NCBI RefSeq assembly: GCF_002571385.2 | Contig: NW_019218013.1 | Location: 11,092 to 75,091 of the forward strand | Origin: Stylophora pistillata | Lineage: Eukaryota | Reading direction: 5' to 3' | Length of the DNA: 64,000 bases | Shown here: positions 62,501 to 64,000 of the stretch, piece by piece | How positions within the stretch are numbered: the first letter of the stretch is position 1 | How the letters are laid out: the number at the start of each line of letters is the position of its first letter | Position numbers and translations under genes: made by a program | The notes under the pieces: model-generated | The model's database searches: none | What the model was told of the DNA's origin: nothing | What the model saw: only the letters and a program-made list of their open reading frames with translations

Positions 62501-63250
62501 TTGTCGACACCTAATAGTCTACACTGGGTGGGATGCCATTCCATTGCAAGGTAACCCCTGGGCAGCATTTCATATGCTACCCTGACTATTCCCTGATACC
62601 TAATTACACCCTAGGGAGGAGATAAGCATTGTCAGGATAAAGTATTTTGCGCAAGATGACACAATTAGTCGACCAGGTTTACTGACCTGGAGTCCGGCAT
62701 ACTGACCGTAGGGCTGCTGCCTCTCCTTTATAATTAAACATGTAACATGACACTAATTTTCCGCGCAGGGAGTTAAAAATCTTCTAAAAATGCTTCTTTT
62801 GGTGTACAAATGTTTATCGCGATGCACATGTTCCTTAATATTCTTTATCTGTACCAAGGGTGAGCAAGATCTTGAGGACATGATTGTCAACTGGAAATTG
62901 ACACCAATCGATAAAATGCTATTGAAAACATTGGTAATTATAAGCGTTGACAATTTGCATATTTTCAAGACTTGATGAGTCCAATAAAACACCAAAAGTA
63001 ATAAAGAACATCTCTAAATGACATTCCTTTGGTCCACACCACATTAAGTATTTATTGCTTTTTTTCAATTAATTGATAAATTATCATGCCTAAAGTTAAG
63101 TTAATTTGGTATACTATACAATTATATTAAATCGTAATCGGGATAAGATCTAAGTAGCAAAACCTTACATTGGTCCTTTCGTTTGGCCATCTTACAAAAC
63201 AAGGAGGTGGATTTTCTTTGTCTTGTTAAAAAAACCTCTCATTAGGAATT

Positions 63251-63680
63251 TTATTCCTGTAGTATCCCTTTCTCGTCTGCTGTATAAGCATTTTCATGAT
63301 AAAATGAGGAATTCCGTGATCCAATTCCGCTGTCAAAATGTTTCCCATGCGATTTTTCGTTCCGATCATTTCCATCAATGTCCTCGTCCTTCTCGTAACT
63401 GTCCAGTAAAATCTGTTTCTCTGGGGACGCCGTTCTCTGATATTTTACCCGAGCTATCGTCAGGGTCTTCAATTTTACTCAAACAAGTCAAAATACTTTC
63501 AAAAGCCTCAAGGTGCTTGCAGATCTCGTCCAAAGCTCCGGAACGATTCTTCAGGTGTTCCAGGGAAACTTCATGGGAATTAGTCTCTCGAGCGAGCCTC
63601 TCTGTGACTGCTTCTGAAGATTCAAGTTTCTATCTTAGTTCTTGTATCTATTCATCTTTTTATATCAATGTTTGATTAGC
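63251..63680 (-). pseudogene. Decayed terminal exon of a coiled-coil/acidic protein
   Basis: ANQTLI*KDE*IQELR*KLESSEAVTERLARETNSHEVSLEHLKNR..., then a probable frameshift to SYEKDEDIDGND..FDSGIGS..QE*. Confidence 0.5.
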
Positions 63681-64000
63681 TCAGAATTTACCAAAAATGA
63701 TACAAATAATCACCATAACAATTATTTCTTAAAGAGCAGCTTCTTTTAAATCATAATTAGCCGGCGCAAGAACAACACTACGCATTCTACCCTCCACCAA
63801 ATTTATATTAGTTCAGGTCCTTAAACTTACACCAATTCGTGGCTAAGCGACGTTTTCTTCCTTAATAACATTCAAAATGAAACCTATATACGCCTGATAA
63901 ATTTTAGAGAGCATTTTAAGAGTGACTCTACCTAAGCACCACGTGAGAGGCGGCACAAGGTCTGTAAAATGGACCCTCGATATTTCGTCCAGAGATAGCC

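Noticed and set aside
63223-63675. 150-aa + strand ORF
   Set aside because: Ser/Phe/Leu-rich shadow of the decayed minus-strand exon.
57183-63897. Inverted ~100-bp similarity between 57183-57280 and ~63800-63897 as TIRs of one large element
   Set aside because: Copies are diverged and no TSD was found; more likely two independent insertions of a small repeat.

Overview
AT-rich, intron-containing eukaryotic DNA, probably a stony coral (inferred from repeat families and gene content). Left half: a ~20-kb tandem duplication of a multi-exon DUF4470-family gene. Copy A (797-7462, begins upstream of the window) is a pseudogene; copy B (18316-28360) is open, ~982 aa. Between them lie a young 5'-truncated CR1/L2-group LINE and an AcademH-type DNA transposon (12889-18267; 88-bp TIRs, 9-bp TSD) inserted 39 bp upstream of the copy B ATG. 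Nested inside it is a TA-flanked IS630/Tc1/mariner DD34E element (14301-17320) with two convergent intron-containing genes: a transposase and a ~239-aa accessory gene ending in a SHOCT-like domain. This is the most unusual object in the window. Right half: a BTB-BACK-Kelch gene (-), ALG14 (-) head-to-head with TLCD4/TMEM56 (+), the same neighbour pair as at human 1p21.3, a TPR gene (-), a partial TLCD4 duplicate pseudogene and a decayed coiled-coil exon. SINEs, MITEs, Penelope fragments (one with an intact minimal hammerhead ribozyme) and a 39-bp minisatellite are interspersed. Exon models were built by eye from GT-AG sites and frame continuity; no database searches were run.
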